64,000 bases of DNA, from assembly GCA_040752415.1 (NCBI GenBank), contig JBFMGU010000024.1, positions 1-64,000 of the forward strand, in the 5' to 3' direction. Positions 1 through 9,188 of the stretch are shown here, piece by piece. How positions within the stretch are numbered: position 1 is the stretch's first letter; each line of letters begins with the position of its first letter. The notes beneath the pieces were generated by a model, which worked only from the letters and a program-made list of their open reading frames with translations, ran no database searches and was not told the origin of the DNA. Position numbers and translations under genes: made by a program. The stretch comes from Myxococcota bacterium (GTDB taxonomy: Bacteria > Myxococcota > JACRCW01).

Positions 1-261
1 CGCGGGCGGGGTGGCCGCGGCGGCCGGTCCGTCGCCAATCACGGCGATCACCGTCTTGATCGGGACGGTCTTCCCCTCGGGGACCTTGATCTCCTGGAGG
101 ACGCCGGCGGCCGGGCTGGGCAGCTCCGCTTCCACCTTGTCCGTCGAGACCACCAGCAGGTCCTCGTCGCGCTTGACGGGGTCCCCCACCTTCTTGAGCC
201 ATTTGACAATGGTGCCCTCGGCAATGCTCTCGCCAAGCTGCGGCATGATGACGTCGGCCAT
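1..261 (-). CDS. 2-oxoacid dehydrogenase E2 (dihydrolipoamide acyltransferase), N-terminal lipoyl domain; runs off window edge
   Basis: Manual translation MADVIMPQLGESIAEGTIVKWLKKVGDPVKRDEDLLVVSTDKVEAELPSPAAG; TDK lipoyl-lysine motif; GGAG RBS upstream. Confidence 0.9.
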   Translation of the reverse strand, partial: MADVIMPQLGESIAEGTIVKWLKKVGDPVKRDEDLLVVSTDKVEAELPSPAAGVLQEIKVPEGKTVPIKTVIAVIGDGPAAAATPPA

Positions 262-362
262 GGGTGCTCCTGAAGACGGGTGTGACGCCTGCGGGTGGAA
301 GAGGCGCGGGGCAATCGCACACAACTCCGCCGGCGATCAAGATCAGGTTGTGGATGCGTGGT

Positions 363-2513
363 CTAGCGATGGGCGGTGGCGTCGTCCGCCGGGGCCGGCT
401 TCAGCTCGGTGGCGGCGGGGGCGCCCTTGCGCTCAGGCAGCTTGATCCGACCGGTTGCCACCAGGCCAAACGTCACCGCCATGAAGATCACCGCCGCCGT
501 CAGCATCCCCAACAGCGTGGCCTTCATGCGCCCCATCCCGACGGTGGGCGGCGGCGCCTCCTCCACCTCCGGCGGCGGACGCACCAACGTGGTGGCCGCG
601 CGGTGGGGAGGCGGGACCTCCCGGCGTGGGGGTGGTGCGGGCGGCTCCGGCTCGGCGGGGAGCTCGGGACCCAGGTCCAGGTCTTCCAGCTGCGCCACCG
701 GTGGCGGTGGCAACGGTCGGGGTGGCGGCGCGGCCGGCAGCGAGGGAGCGGAGGGCGGCTTGGCGCGCGCCGGCGGTGGTGGCGGCGGCGGTGGTGGTGG
801 CGCGGGCTCGTCGCCGGTGTCGTCGGAGGCTTCCAGGGCTTCCGCCTGGGCCAGCGCGCTCTGCACGGAGATGGCGCTGACCTCGCTGAGCTCCACGAGG
901 TCCAGGTCGTCGCCGCCATCCAGCGTGGGGCCGGCGGGGGGCGGGGACAGGGAGGGGAGCGCGCGCTCCGACATCGTCGGGTCGCCGCCCTCGGCCATCA
1001 TCACCTGGTCCTCGCCCACGTCCTCGGCGCTGTTGCTGTGGATGGCCGCCAGCTCCGCGCTGTTGAGCTCAATGGCCTCGGTGGCCTGCGCGTTGGCGTC
1101 GGCCAGGGTCACCACGCGACCGCCCTGCGGCGGCACCGGCGAGGGCACCACCTCGGTGGAATCCGGCCGCTCCGCGGGGGCACGCTTGCTCAGCACCGCG
1201 CCCTTGGCCGCGCCGCGCTCGGTGGGCGGGATGCTGACCTGGCCCGGCGGGCCGTCCATCATCGCCTCCACCTGCACCATCTTGCTCCACGCCGGGCCGG
1301 AGGGACGGGTGGTGACCTTCTCGAAGTCGCTGGCGCTCTCCTCGACGAGGTTGCGCGGCTTTGGCACCGCGCGCTGCTCCCCGGTGGTGCCGCGCTTGGC
1401 GGCGGGAGGCGGCGCCTTGCCCGGCGGAGCCACCTTGCCGCTGGGCACCACGCTGGCCCCGCCCGTCCCCCGCCCGGAGCCCGGCGCGCGCGCCGCCGCT
1501 TCCCCCGCCGGGGCGCCCTCGTCGGCGGCGCGGATGAGGTCGGCCACGCGCAGGCGGTCCTTGTCGGTGGTCTTGGGGAACAGCGCGTCCATGAACGCGC
1601 CCAGGTGCTGGCTGCCCGCGCCCTTGCCGGTGGAGCGGACGTAGTCCTCCAGCGCGCGCCGCATCTCCCCCGCGCTCTGCCAGCGACGGTTGCGGTTCTT
1701 CTCCAGCGCCTTGAGGCAGATGTCCTCCAGCGTGGCAGGCACCGAGGGGTTCAGCGTGCGCGGCGGCGGCGGGTCGCGCGTGGAGACCGCGGTGAGGATC
1801 TCCATCTCGTTGTTGCCGGCAAAGGGCACCGTGTACGTCAGCAGCTCGTAGAGCGTGACGCCCATGGCAAAGATGTCCGCGCGACCGTCCAGCTTCTCGC
1901 CGCTGATGGCCTCCGGCGCCACGTAGCCCAGCTTGCCCTTGATGACGCCCACCTGCGTGCGGCCCTCCATGTTGGCCGCTTTGGCAATGCCAAAGTCCAC
2001 CACCTTCACCACCCCGCCGTAGGTGATGACGATGTTCTCCGGGCTCATGTCGCGGTGGACCAGGTTGAGCGGCTCCCCCTTGGGGCCCTTCTGGTTGTGG
2101 GCGTGCTCCAGCCCGGCCAGGCTGTCGGCGACGATGCGCCCCATCAGCTCGTAGGGCACGTACGCCCGGCGCTGGTAGCAGGCGCGCGCCACGCGCAAGA
2201 GGTTGCGCCCGTCCAGGAACTCCATCACCAGCGCGTAGTTCTGGCCGTCCTGGCCCACCTCCATGACGCGCACCACGTTGGGGTGGTTGAGCATCTGGGC
2301 CAGGCGCGCCTCGTCGCCGAACATCTGCACGAACTGGGGGTCATCCAGCAGCGTGGGCCGGATGCGCTTGACCACCAGGAGCGGAGCGTCCCTGGGCGCA
2401 CCCAGCTTGCGCGCCAGGTACACCTCGGCCATGCCGCCCTGGGCCAACAGCCCCAGGATGCTGTAGCCAAGGACCCGGGAGCCTGCCTTGAGCTCCGCCG
2501 CCGCGCCTTCCAT
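363..2513 (-). CDS. Hanks-type Ser/Thr protein kinase with long Pro-rich linker and C-terminal TM helix
   Basis: LAQGGMAEVYLA, VVKR, HRDMSPENI, DFGIAK, YVAPE, DIFAMG motifs; start set at MEGAAAELK. Confidence 0.92.
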   Translation of the reverse strand: MEGAAAELKAGSRVLGYSILGLLAQGGMAEVYLARKLGAPRDAPLLVVKRIRPTLLDDPQFVQMFGDEARLAQMLNHPNVVRVMEVGQDGQNYALVMEFLDGRNLLRVARACYQRRAYVPYELMGRIVADSLAGLEHAHNQKGPKGEPLNLVHRDMSPENIVITYGGVVKVVDFGIAKAANMEGRTQVGVIKGKLGYVAPEAISGEKLDGRADIFAMGVTLYELLTYTVPFAGNNEMEILTAVSTRDPPPPRTLNPSVPATLEDICLKALEKNRNRRWQSAGEMRRALEDYVRSTGKGAGSQHLGAFMDALFPKTTDKDRLRVADLIRAADEGAPAGEAAARAPGSGRGTGGASVVPSGKVAPPGKAPPPAAKRGTTGEQRAVPKPRNLVEESASDFEKVTTRPSGPAWSKMVQVEAMMDGPPGQVSIPPTERGAAKGAVLSKRAPAERPDSTEVVPSPVPPQGGRVVTLADANAQATEAIELNSAELAAIHSNSAEDVGEDQVMMAEGGDPTMSERALPSLSPPPAGPTLDGGDDLDLVELSEVSAISVQSALAQAEALEASDDTGDEPAPPPPPPPPPPARAKPPSAPSLPAAPPPRPLPPPPVAQLEDLDLGPELPAEPEPPAPPPRREVPPPHRAATTLVRPPPEVEEAPPPTVGMGRMKATLLGMLTAAVIFMAVTFGLVATGRIKLPERKGAPAATELKPAPADDATAHR

Positions 2514-2727
2514 GCCCGTCCTGTCCCGCCCGTACCCAGAGGAGGGACGGCACAGCCTAGTGCAGGCAGGCGGCGGTGCGCAGGTTTTTGCACGTGCCCC
2601 AGCCCACGCCGGCGGATCGGACGTGTGGCGCCACGCCGGCATCCGACGCCGGAACATTGCGCCCACCGCCCCGGCGAGGGAGCATCACCGCCCCGCGCCA
2701 GTTCCGGTCACGCGCGGCCACCTGCCC

Positions 2728-3669
2728 ATGCGACTCCACGCCACCCTCCGCCTCCGTCGTCCCGCCCTGCCCCTGTGCCTGGGGGCGCTGAGCCTGCTCG
2801 CCTGCGAGAAGCCCAGGGACGCCGCTCCTCCCGTCGCCACCGCGCCCGCCGCGCCGGTGGGGCCCGCCTCGGTGCCCGCCGGTGGGGACCAGCCCACCAG
2901 CATGCCGGCGGAGGTGCAGGCGCGCACCGCGTTCGTCGCCACCGACGGAGGCAAGGCGCTGGACCCGGAGATCGCGGAGCTGCTCAAGACCACTCCGCCG
3001 CCGGCCAACCCGGACAAGGTCCACACCGCCGCCGACGGCGTGGGCGGGATGCAGCTGCAGATCATCACCTTCAAGCCGCTGGACCTGCACTTCACCATCC
3101 CCAGCAACTGGGAGGTGGCGGAGACCAAGGACGCCTACTACCTGCGCGCGCCGCAGAGCCATAAGCTCGCCGGCACCGCGGTGAAGGTGCAGGCGGTGAA
3201 GGCCGGCGCGGGGGAGAACGCGCAGGTGCTGGCCAAGCGCGTGGAGGAGGACTCCCGCAAGCGCAAGGACCTGGAGGTGGAGCGGGTGGGCACGCCCACG
3301 CTGGCCGAGGGGCTGAAGGCCCACGTGGTGCAGGTGGCGCAGAAGGACAAGGACGGCAAGGCGGTGTTGCGGCGCGTGGGCGTGTTCGTCGACCGGCCGG
3401 AGAAGATCATCACGCTCACCTACGAGGTGCCCATGGAGAAGGCCGACGCGGCCAGCTTCACCTGGGCGGGCATCCTCAACAGCATGGTGTTCATCACCGA
3501 GGAGGACGCGCGCCGCATCAACGAGAAGCAGCAGCGCATTGCCGAGGCGGTGAAGGCCAACAACCCCACCGACAGCCACCCCAAGCTGGACCCCGGCGCG
3601 CACGCGGACGGGCCCCACAGCCAGCCCAGCAGCGGCGGTCCGGCCAGCCAGCCGGGGCCGGGGCACTGA
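2728..3669 (+). CDS. Putative lipoprotein (possible PsbP/DcrB-like domain)
   Basis: Lipobox LSLLAC; strong GC3 codon bias; fold assignment is a guess. Confidence 0.7.
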   Translation: MRLHATLRLRRPALPLCLGALSLLACEKPRDAAPPVATAPAAPVGPASVPAGGDQPTSMPAEVQARTAFVATDGGKALDPEIAELLKTTPPPANPDKVHTAADGVGGMQLQIITFKPLDLHFTIPSNWEVAETKDAYYLRAPQSHKLAGTAVKVQAVKAGAGENAQVLAKRVEEDSRKRKDLEVERVGTPTLAEGLKAHVVQVAQKDKDGKAVLRRVGVFVDRPEKIITLTYEVPMEKADAASFTWAGILNSMVFITEEDARRINEKQQRIAEAVKANNPTDSHPKLDPGAHADGPHSQPSSGGPASQPGPGH

Positions 3670-3672
3670 GCC

Positions 3673-4308
3673 ATGGCACGCGCACGCCGCTCCGCCCTCG
3701 TCGTGGCGACGCTGGCGCTGACCGTGCTGGCGCTGCAGTGTCGTCGGGAGGACAAGCCGTTCACGGTGGGGAAGTTCCAGTCGGTGTTTGCCACCACCGG
3801 CGGGCAGGCCATCAGTGAGGCGCACCTCAACCTGATGGGCGGCGGGACGCTGGCCTACTTCTTTGACCCCAACGTCCCCCAGGACCTGCTGGGCCTGCGC
3901 GACGTCACCAGCATGGCCATGATCGAGCGCGACCGCGGCCTGGTCTGCTACACCTTCACGGTCACCGACGTGCCCAAGGACTTCTGGAGCAAGTACATGT
4001 CCGGGCGCTCCTGCCTGCTCATGAAGGCCACGCCGGAGGTGCTGGAGGCCTTTGGCGGGCCCCCGGCCGGCACGGTGATGATCCTGGACCGCATCAACCA
4101 GGTGTGGTGGCAGCAGGAGCGGCCCTTCAACCTGCAGATGCTCTCGCAGGCGGTGGCGCACCATCGCGTGGAGGGCACCCGGCAGGCCATCGAGCGCTTC
4201 AAGGCGGCGCAGGACGCGCGGCTGCGCGGCGACGGCGGCACCCCGGTGATGCCGCGGGAGCCCACCGAGCCCGCGCCCGACGCCGGCCTGGTGGTCCCCA
4301 CCCGCTGA
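3673..4308 (+). CDS. Hypothetical exported protein or lipoprotein
   Basis: Signal peptide ending in ALQC; directly follows previous gene; GC3 bias. Confidence 0.7.
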   Translation: MARARRSALVVATLALTVLALQCRREDKPFTVGKFQSVFATTGGQAISEAHLNLMGGGTLAYFFDPNVPQDLLGLRDVTSMAMIERDRGLVCYTFTVTDVPKDFWSKYMSGRSCLLMKATPEVLEAFGGPPAGTVMILDRINQVWWQQERPFNLQMLSQAVAHHRVEGTRQAIERFKAAQDARLRGDGGTPVMPREPTEPAPDAGLVVPTR

Positions 4309-4311
4309 GTT

Positions 4312-5265
4312 TCAGCCCGGCAGCAGGCGCTGGCACAGCGCGGCCGCGTCGTGGGCGGGGCGTGCGCCGGGGCCGGAGAACACCCCCTGCAGCCGGCCCT
4401 GCGCGTCCACCACCGCCACCGCCGCGCTCTTCAGCGGCAGCCCCACGCCCACCGCGGCAAACAGCCGACCGTCGTAGTCGGGGAGGAACCAGATGAGGTC
4501 CTCCACGTCGGGAGGGAGCGGCTTGCCATGGCGCTTGAAGGCGGCCTGGAACTGGCGCACCGCGTGGCTGCGCAAGGTGGCAATGGCGCTGCGGGCCACC
4601 GGGAGCAGCATGCGGGGCACGTCGGTGCCGTCCAGCAGCGTCACCAGGAGCACGCGCTCGTCGCCCGCCAGGTGCTCTCCCAGCGTCTCCGCCAGCAGCT
4701 GCGCGTGGTCCTGCACCCCGCGGGAGGCGCACAGGATGCAGGAGAGCCGGCCGCCCTGCGCGCGCAGGTCAAAGGTCTTCCCGCGGCTGTCCTCCGCGCG
4801 CAGGTCCAGGGGCTTGCCGGGCGGCAGCGCCACGTCGGGAGTGGGGAGCGCGGGCGGCGGGGTCTGCGCGGCGTGCAGCTCCGGTCCCTCCCCCGCGCCG
4901 GGGAAGAAGAGCGAGGCGTCAAAATACGTGCGCGCCTCCTCCACCTTGCCCGCGCGCGTGCGCAAGAGCGTCACCGCGTCCAGCGTGTGGCTGCGCGGCG
5001 CGGGCAGCTCCGCCACCCAGCGCGCGCAGGCGGCCTCGTGGTCGGCCAGGATGTCCAGCGGGGTGAGCGCGGCGCCCTGCAGCGCGTCGCACAGGGCCTG
5101 CAGGTGCTCCCGCACCGCCGCACTCCCCGACGAGACGCCGGTGCGGCACGGGTCCGAGTACGCCGGCGTGTCCGCCACGAACAGGTCCAGCAGCGCGGGC
5201 ACGTCCCGTCGGGAGAGCGCCGCCAGGTAGGCGTGGGTCAGGCGGATGGTGTCCTCGCGTCGCAC
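4312..5265 (-). CDS. SnoaL/NTF2-like domain fused to a thioredoxin-like (ATP10/YtfJ-like) domain
   Basis: N-term YLAALSRRDVPALLDLF..YSDP..GSAAVREH..GKVEEARTYFD; C-term LRAEDSRGKTFDL..FLPDYDGRLFAAVGV..VAVVDAQGRL. Confidence 0.65.
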   Translation of the reverse strand: MRREDTIRLTHAYLAALSRRDVPALLDLFVADTPAYSDPCRTGVSSGSAAVREHLQALCDALQGAALTPLDILADHEAACARWVAELPAPRSHTLDAVTLLRTRAGKVEEARTYFDASLFFPGAGEGPELHAAQTPPPALPTPDVALPPGKPLDLRAEDSRGKTFDLRAQGGRLSCILCASRGVQDHAQLLAETLGEHLAGDERVLLVTLLDGTDVPRMLLPVARSAIATLRSHAVRQFQAAFKRHGKPLPPDVEDLIWFLPDYDGRLFAAVGVGLPLKSAAVAVVDAQGRLQGVFSGPGARPAHDAAALCQRLLPG

Positions 5266-5502
5266 GCTTCTGTCCGTCCGTCCCGGGCATTTCTCCGTCT
5301 GGAGCGTGGGCGTTGTGGCGCCGGTGCGGGAAGGCGTCAAGCCGCCCCCGTCCGCCGCCGGATGGCCCTCCTTAACGTTTGACTTCCGGAGCGGCTGCCG
5401 GTACCTGCCGCGCCCCTGGTGCGCGATCCCGCGCCCGACCGTGACAAACCATCCGTGGCCCCGGGCGGAGGTACCGGGCCTGTGATCTAGAGGGAGTGCC
5501 CC

Positions 5503-6759
5503 GTGCTTGAGCGTGATTACCTGTTCACTTCCGAGTCCGTGACCGAGGGTCACCCGGACAAGATCTGCGACCAGATCTCCGACGCCATCCTGGACGCCAT
5601 CCTGGCGCAGGACCCCAAGGCGCGCGTGGCCGCCGAGACGCTCACCAAGACGGGCTTCGTGGTGATTGCCGGTGAGATCACCACCAGCTGCTACGTGGAC
5701 ATGCCCTCCATTGTCCGCAAGACCATCAAGAAGATTGGCTACAACCAGAGCTCCATCGGCTTTGACTGGGAGACCTGCGGCGTCCTCACCGCCATCGAGA
5801 AGCAGAGCCCGGACATTGCCATGGGCGTGGATGAGAGCGGCAGCCACGAGCAGGGCGCGGGCGACCAGGGCATGATGTTCGGCTTCGCGGTCGACGAGAC
5901 CCCGGAGCTGATGCCCATGCCCATCAGCTTTGCCCACAAGCTGGCGCGGCGGCTGGCGGAAGTGCGCAAGAGCGGGGAGCTGGACTTCCTGCGCCCCGAC
6001 GGCAAGAGCCAGGTCACCGTGGAGTACAAGGGCGGCAAGCCGGTGCGCGTGGACACCGTGGTGGTGAGCACGCAGCACAGCCCCGACGTGAAGCCCAAGG
6101 TGCTGCGCGAGGCCATCCTGGAGACGGTGATCAAGCACGTGGTGCCCGCGCACCTGCTGGACAAGAAGACCAAGTACTTCGTGAACCCCACCGGGCGCTT
6201 CGTCATCGGTGGTCCGCAGGGCGACAGCGGCCTGACCGGTCGCAAGATCATCGTCGACACCTACGGCGGCATGGGCCGTCACGGCGGCGGCGCGTTCAGC
6301 GGCAAGGATCCCTCCAAGGTGGACCGCAGCGCCGCGTACATGGCGCGTCACGTGGCCAAGAACCTGGTGGCCGCGGGACTGGCCCGGCGCGCGGAGGTGC
6401 AGCTGGCGTACGCCATTGGCGTGGCGCAGCCGGTCAGCGTGATGGTGGACAGCTTTGGCACCGGCGTGCTGGCCGACGACAAGCTGGCCGACATCGTGCG
6501 CGCCGCCTTCCCGCTCACCCCCAAGGGCATCATCGAGTACCTGGACCTGCTGCGCCCCATCTACGAGGCCACCGCGGCGTACGGTCACTTCGGTCGCACC
6601 GAGAAGAGCTTCACCTGGGAGCGCACCGACAAGGTGGCCGAGCTGCGCGACCGCTCCGGTCTCACCACCGCCACCGGCCGCGTGGCCAAGGCCAGCAACG
6701 GGCACGGCGTGAAGGCCAAGCGCGTGGGCAAGCAGCCCCGCCTGGCCGCCGAGGCCTGA
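5503..6759 (+). CDS. metK: S-adenosylmethionine synthetase
   Basis: [42 protein letters not shown]. Confidence 0.98.
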   Translation: MLERDYLFTSESVTEGHPDKICDQISDAILDAILAQDPKARVAAETLTKTGFVVIAGEITTSCYVDMPSIVRKTIKKIGYNQSSIGFDWETCGVLTAIEKQSPDIAMGVDESGSHEQGAGDQGMMFGFAVDETPELMPMPISFAHKLARRLAEVRKSGELDFLRPDGKSQVTVEYKGGKPVRVDTVVVSTQHSPDVKPKVLREAILETVIKHVVPAHLLDKKTKYFVNPTGRFVIGGPQGDSGLTGRKIIVDTYGGMGRHGGGAFSGKDPSKVDRSAAYMARHVAKNLVAAGLARRAEVQLAYAIGVAQPVSVMVDSFGTGVLADDKLADIVRAAFPLTPKGIIEYLDLLRPIYEATAAYGHFGRTEKSFTWERTDKVAELRDRSGLTTATGRVAKASNGHGVKAKRVGKQPRLAAEA

Positions 6760-6878
6760 GAAAAACTCCCCTCATCCCACCAACATCCGCGGTAACCCTT
6801 GCGTTTTGTGAGGGCGAGGCGTACACGTGACCCGCGTCACGGGTGCGTTGTGGCTCGCTTGGCGCGGGGGAGGGACGC

Positions 6879-7289
6879 ATGGAACGGGGGGAAGGGCCCA
6901 TGGGCTCCCGTGGACCAGACACTGAGCCCAACGGTGGGGTCCTGGTGGTGGAGGACGACGCGGGCGTGCGCCTCCTGTTGCAGCGGGTGCTGCAGAACGC
7001 CGGCTACCGCGTGGTGGTGGCCAGCGGACCGGAAGAGGCCCTGGAGCTGGTGGAGCGCGGCTGCGTCCGGGTGGACCTGCTGGTGAGCGACCTGGTGATG
7101 CCGGTGATGACCGGGCGCGCGTTGGCGGAGCGGCTGGCGCGCTACCTGCCGGGCCTGCGCACCCTGCTCATCAGCGGCTACCCCGACGACAACGACCCCG
7201 AGGGCGAGCTGCCGGTGGCCTTCCTGCAGAAGCCCTTCACGCCCCTGACGCTGACCCGCACGGTGGAAGCGGTCCTCAGCGCCGGCTGA
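6879..7289 (+). CDS. Single-domain response regulator (receiver)
   Basis: VLVVEDD, LLVSDLVMP, ISGY, FLQKPF. Confidence 0.88.
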   Translation: MERGEGPMGSRGPDTEPNGGVLVVEDDAGVRLLLQRVLQNAGYRVVVASGPEEALELVERGCVRVDLLVSDLVMPVMTGRALAERLARYLPGLRTLLISGYPDDNDPEGELPVAFLQKPFTPLTLTRTVEAVLSAG

Positions 7290-7398
7290 TCCCAACGGGC
7301 GAGATTTCCGATGCGCCGGAGCACCGGTCGAAAAGCCCGGGGCGTGACCCGGTGTTGCGCCGGACCACGCCCCGTGGAAGTCACTCTTGTGTTGGGTT

Positions 7399-8283
7399 TC
7401 AGGCGCTGGTGGCGTCCTGCAGCACCGCGCTGTGGGCGGTCAGGTAGCCCTTGATCTTCTTGATGGCGCTGGCCTCGATCTGGCGGGCCCGCTCCCGGCT
7501 CACTCCCCAGCGCTCGCCAATCTCGCGCAGGGTGGGGCCGTCCTCCTCCATCAGGCGCTCTTGGACAATGGTGCGCTCCTTCTCGTTGAGCACCTCCAGC
7601 GCGGCCTCCACGTCCCGCTTGAGCAGGCCGCGGACCTCACGCTGGGCCACGTTGTCCTCCTGGCTGGCCTGCGCGGAGGGCAGCAGGTCCAGGTGGGTCT
7701 CCTTGCCGTCCTCACCCACCTCCATGTCCAGCGAGAAGTCCCGGGCCGCCAGGCGCAGCTCCATCTCCATGACGTCGGAGTCCTGGACGCCCAGCTCTTC
7801 CGAGAGGCGCTCCACGCGCTGCTCCGGACTCAGCTCCTCCCCGCCGGCCTCCGCCTCCAGCTTGGCCCGGGCGGAGCGCAGCCGGAAGAACAGCTTGCGC
7901 TGGGCCTGCGTGGTCCCCAGCTTCACCATGGAGTAGCTGCGCAGGATGTACGCCTGCAGGAAGGCGCGGATCCACCACACCGCGTAGCTGATGAGCCGGT
8001 AGCCGCGGTCGGGGTTGAACTTCTGCACCGCCCGCATCAGGCCCATGTTGCCTTCCTGGATGAGGTCCAGCATCCGCATCCCATAGGAGCGGAACTGGTA
8101 GGCAATCTTGACCACAAACCGCAGGTTGGCGGTCACCAGCTTGTGGGCGGCCTGCACGTCGCCCTCGTCGCGGTAGCGGCGCGCCAGCGCGTCCTCCTCC
8201 TCCCGCGAGAGCATGGGGATGCGCTTGACCTCCGCCATGTACCGTTCCAGTGCCGCCCCTTCCTGACTGACCAGCGCGTTCAT
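7399..8283 (-). CDS. RpoH/sigma-32 family RNA polymerase sigma factor
   Basis: ANLRFVVKIA, DLIQEGNMGLMRAV, RLISYAVWWIRA, RpoH box TTQAQRKLFFRLR, GVSRERARQIE. Confidence 0.93.
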   Translation of the reverse strand: MNALVSQEGAALERYMAEVKRIPMLSREEEDALARRYRDEGDVQAAHKLVTANLRFVVKIAYQFRSYGMRMLDLIQEGNMGLMRAVQKFNPDRGYRLISYAVWWIRAFLQAYILRSYSMVKLGTTQAQRKLFFRLRSARAKLEAEAGGEELSPEQRVERLSEELGVQDSDVMEMELRLAARDFSLDMEVGEDGKETHLDLLPSAQASQEDNVAQREVRGLLKRDVEAALEVLNEKERTIVQERLMEEDGPTLREIGERWGVSRERARQIEASAIKKIKGYLTAHSAVLQDATSA

Positions 8284-8325
8284 GAGCCTGCCTCCCTCAG
8301 TATGGCCTGGCGTCCAACCGCCACC

Positions 8326-8341
8326 TGCAATCCCATTGCCA
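8326..8341 (-). promoter_or_regulatory. Sigma-54 (-24/-12) promoter upstream of the RpoH-family gene
   Basis: Minus strand TGGCAATGGGATTGCA fits GG-N10-GC, about 43 nt before the ATG. Confidence 0.65.
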
Positions 8342-8556
8342 AAGCCGACCGTTCAGATGCGGATCTCGTGAGCCGGTTGCGGGGTTCATCAACCCTTCAC
8401 AATCGTCCGGCGGGGGTTTCCCTGGCGTCTCGCGAGTTTAGCACTCACGGGGCGAGAGTGCTAACCGGTATCCTACCTGTCGTCAAGCGGGGCCGACGGC
8501 CCCAACCCCCGTGGGCGGGCTGCCGCACCGGGGGGCGGGCGAGTATCATGGGACAC

Positions 8557-9075
8557 ATGCCCAAGCTCCCCGACTACCGCCTCCAGACCCTCTTTGACAT
8601 GCGGGAGAAGGCCCGCAAGGAGGCGGAAGACGCCTACGCCGAGGCCATGAAGGCCAAGTTGGCGGAGGAGAAGAAGCTGGAGGAGATGAAGCAGGAGCTG
8701 GAGCGGATGATCCAGGCCCGGGAGGCCAAGCGCCTGGAGTACGCGGAGCGCGCCGCCAAGGGCGAGTACAACGTGAGCCAGATCCAGGCCAACCACCGCC
8801 ACATCGACCGCATGAAGGAGAAGGAAGGCGCCTTCAAGATGGAGATCGAGAAGCAGAAGGACGCCATCAAGCGGGCCGAGGAGGTGGTGGAGGAGAAGAA
8901 ACAGGCCATGATCGAGGCCACCCAGGAGTTCAAGGCCCTGGAGAAGCACAAGGAGAAGTGGGCCCAGGAGGTCAAGCGCGAGATGGCCATCAAGGAGGAG
9001 GACAACCTGGAGGACATTGCGCAGACCATCTTCCTGCGTCGCATGCGCGAGGCGAAGGAGGACGAGGGCGGCTGA
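8557..9075 (+). CDS. SctO/YscO (FliJ-like) type III secretion stalk protein
   Basis: About 170-aa all-helical coiled coil with N-term YRLQTLFDMREKA and C-term QEFKALEKHKEKW..KEED, the FliJ/YscO pattern. Confidence 0.72.
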   Translation: MPKLPDYRLQTLFDMREKARKEAEDAYAEAMKAKLAEEKKLEEMKQELERMIQAREAKRLEYAERAAKGEYNVSQIQANHRHIDRMKEKEGAFKMEIEKQKDAIKRAEEVVEEKKQAMIEATQEFKALEKHKEKWAQEVKREMAIKEEDNLEDIAQTIFLRRMREAKEDEGG

Positions 9076-9188
9076 GCCCCGCCCCGGTCGGGATTGGGCG
9101 TGGGGGGTCTCCCAGGCCTTTGACCGCGCGGCCGAGGCGATGAAGGATTTGCGCCCGCCGGAGGATGCGCTCCGGCAGGGGGCGTCCC

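Noticed and set aside
264..3164. Long antisense and alternate-frame ORFs (e.g. 264-3164 +, 15087-17453 -, 45014-47449 -, 56071-57936 -)
   Set aside because: Shadow ORFs caused by high GC3 opposite well-supported genes; R/G/H-rich composition, no motifs
5266..5502. SAM riboswitch upstream of metK
   Set aside because: No SAM-I core (ATCCAGAG/ATCAAGAG..CAGCAACC..GGTGC) or terminator seen
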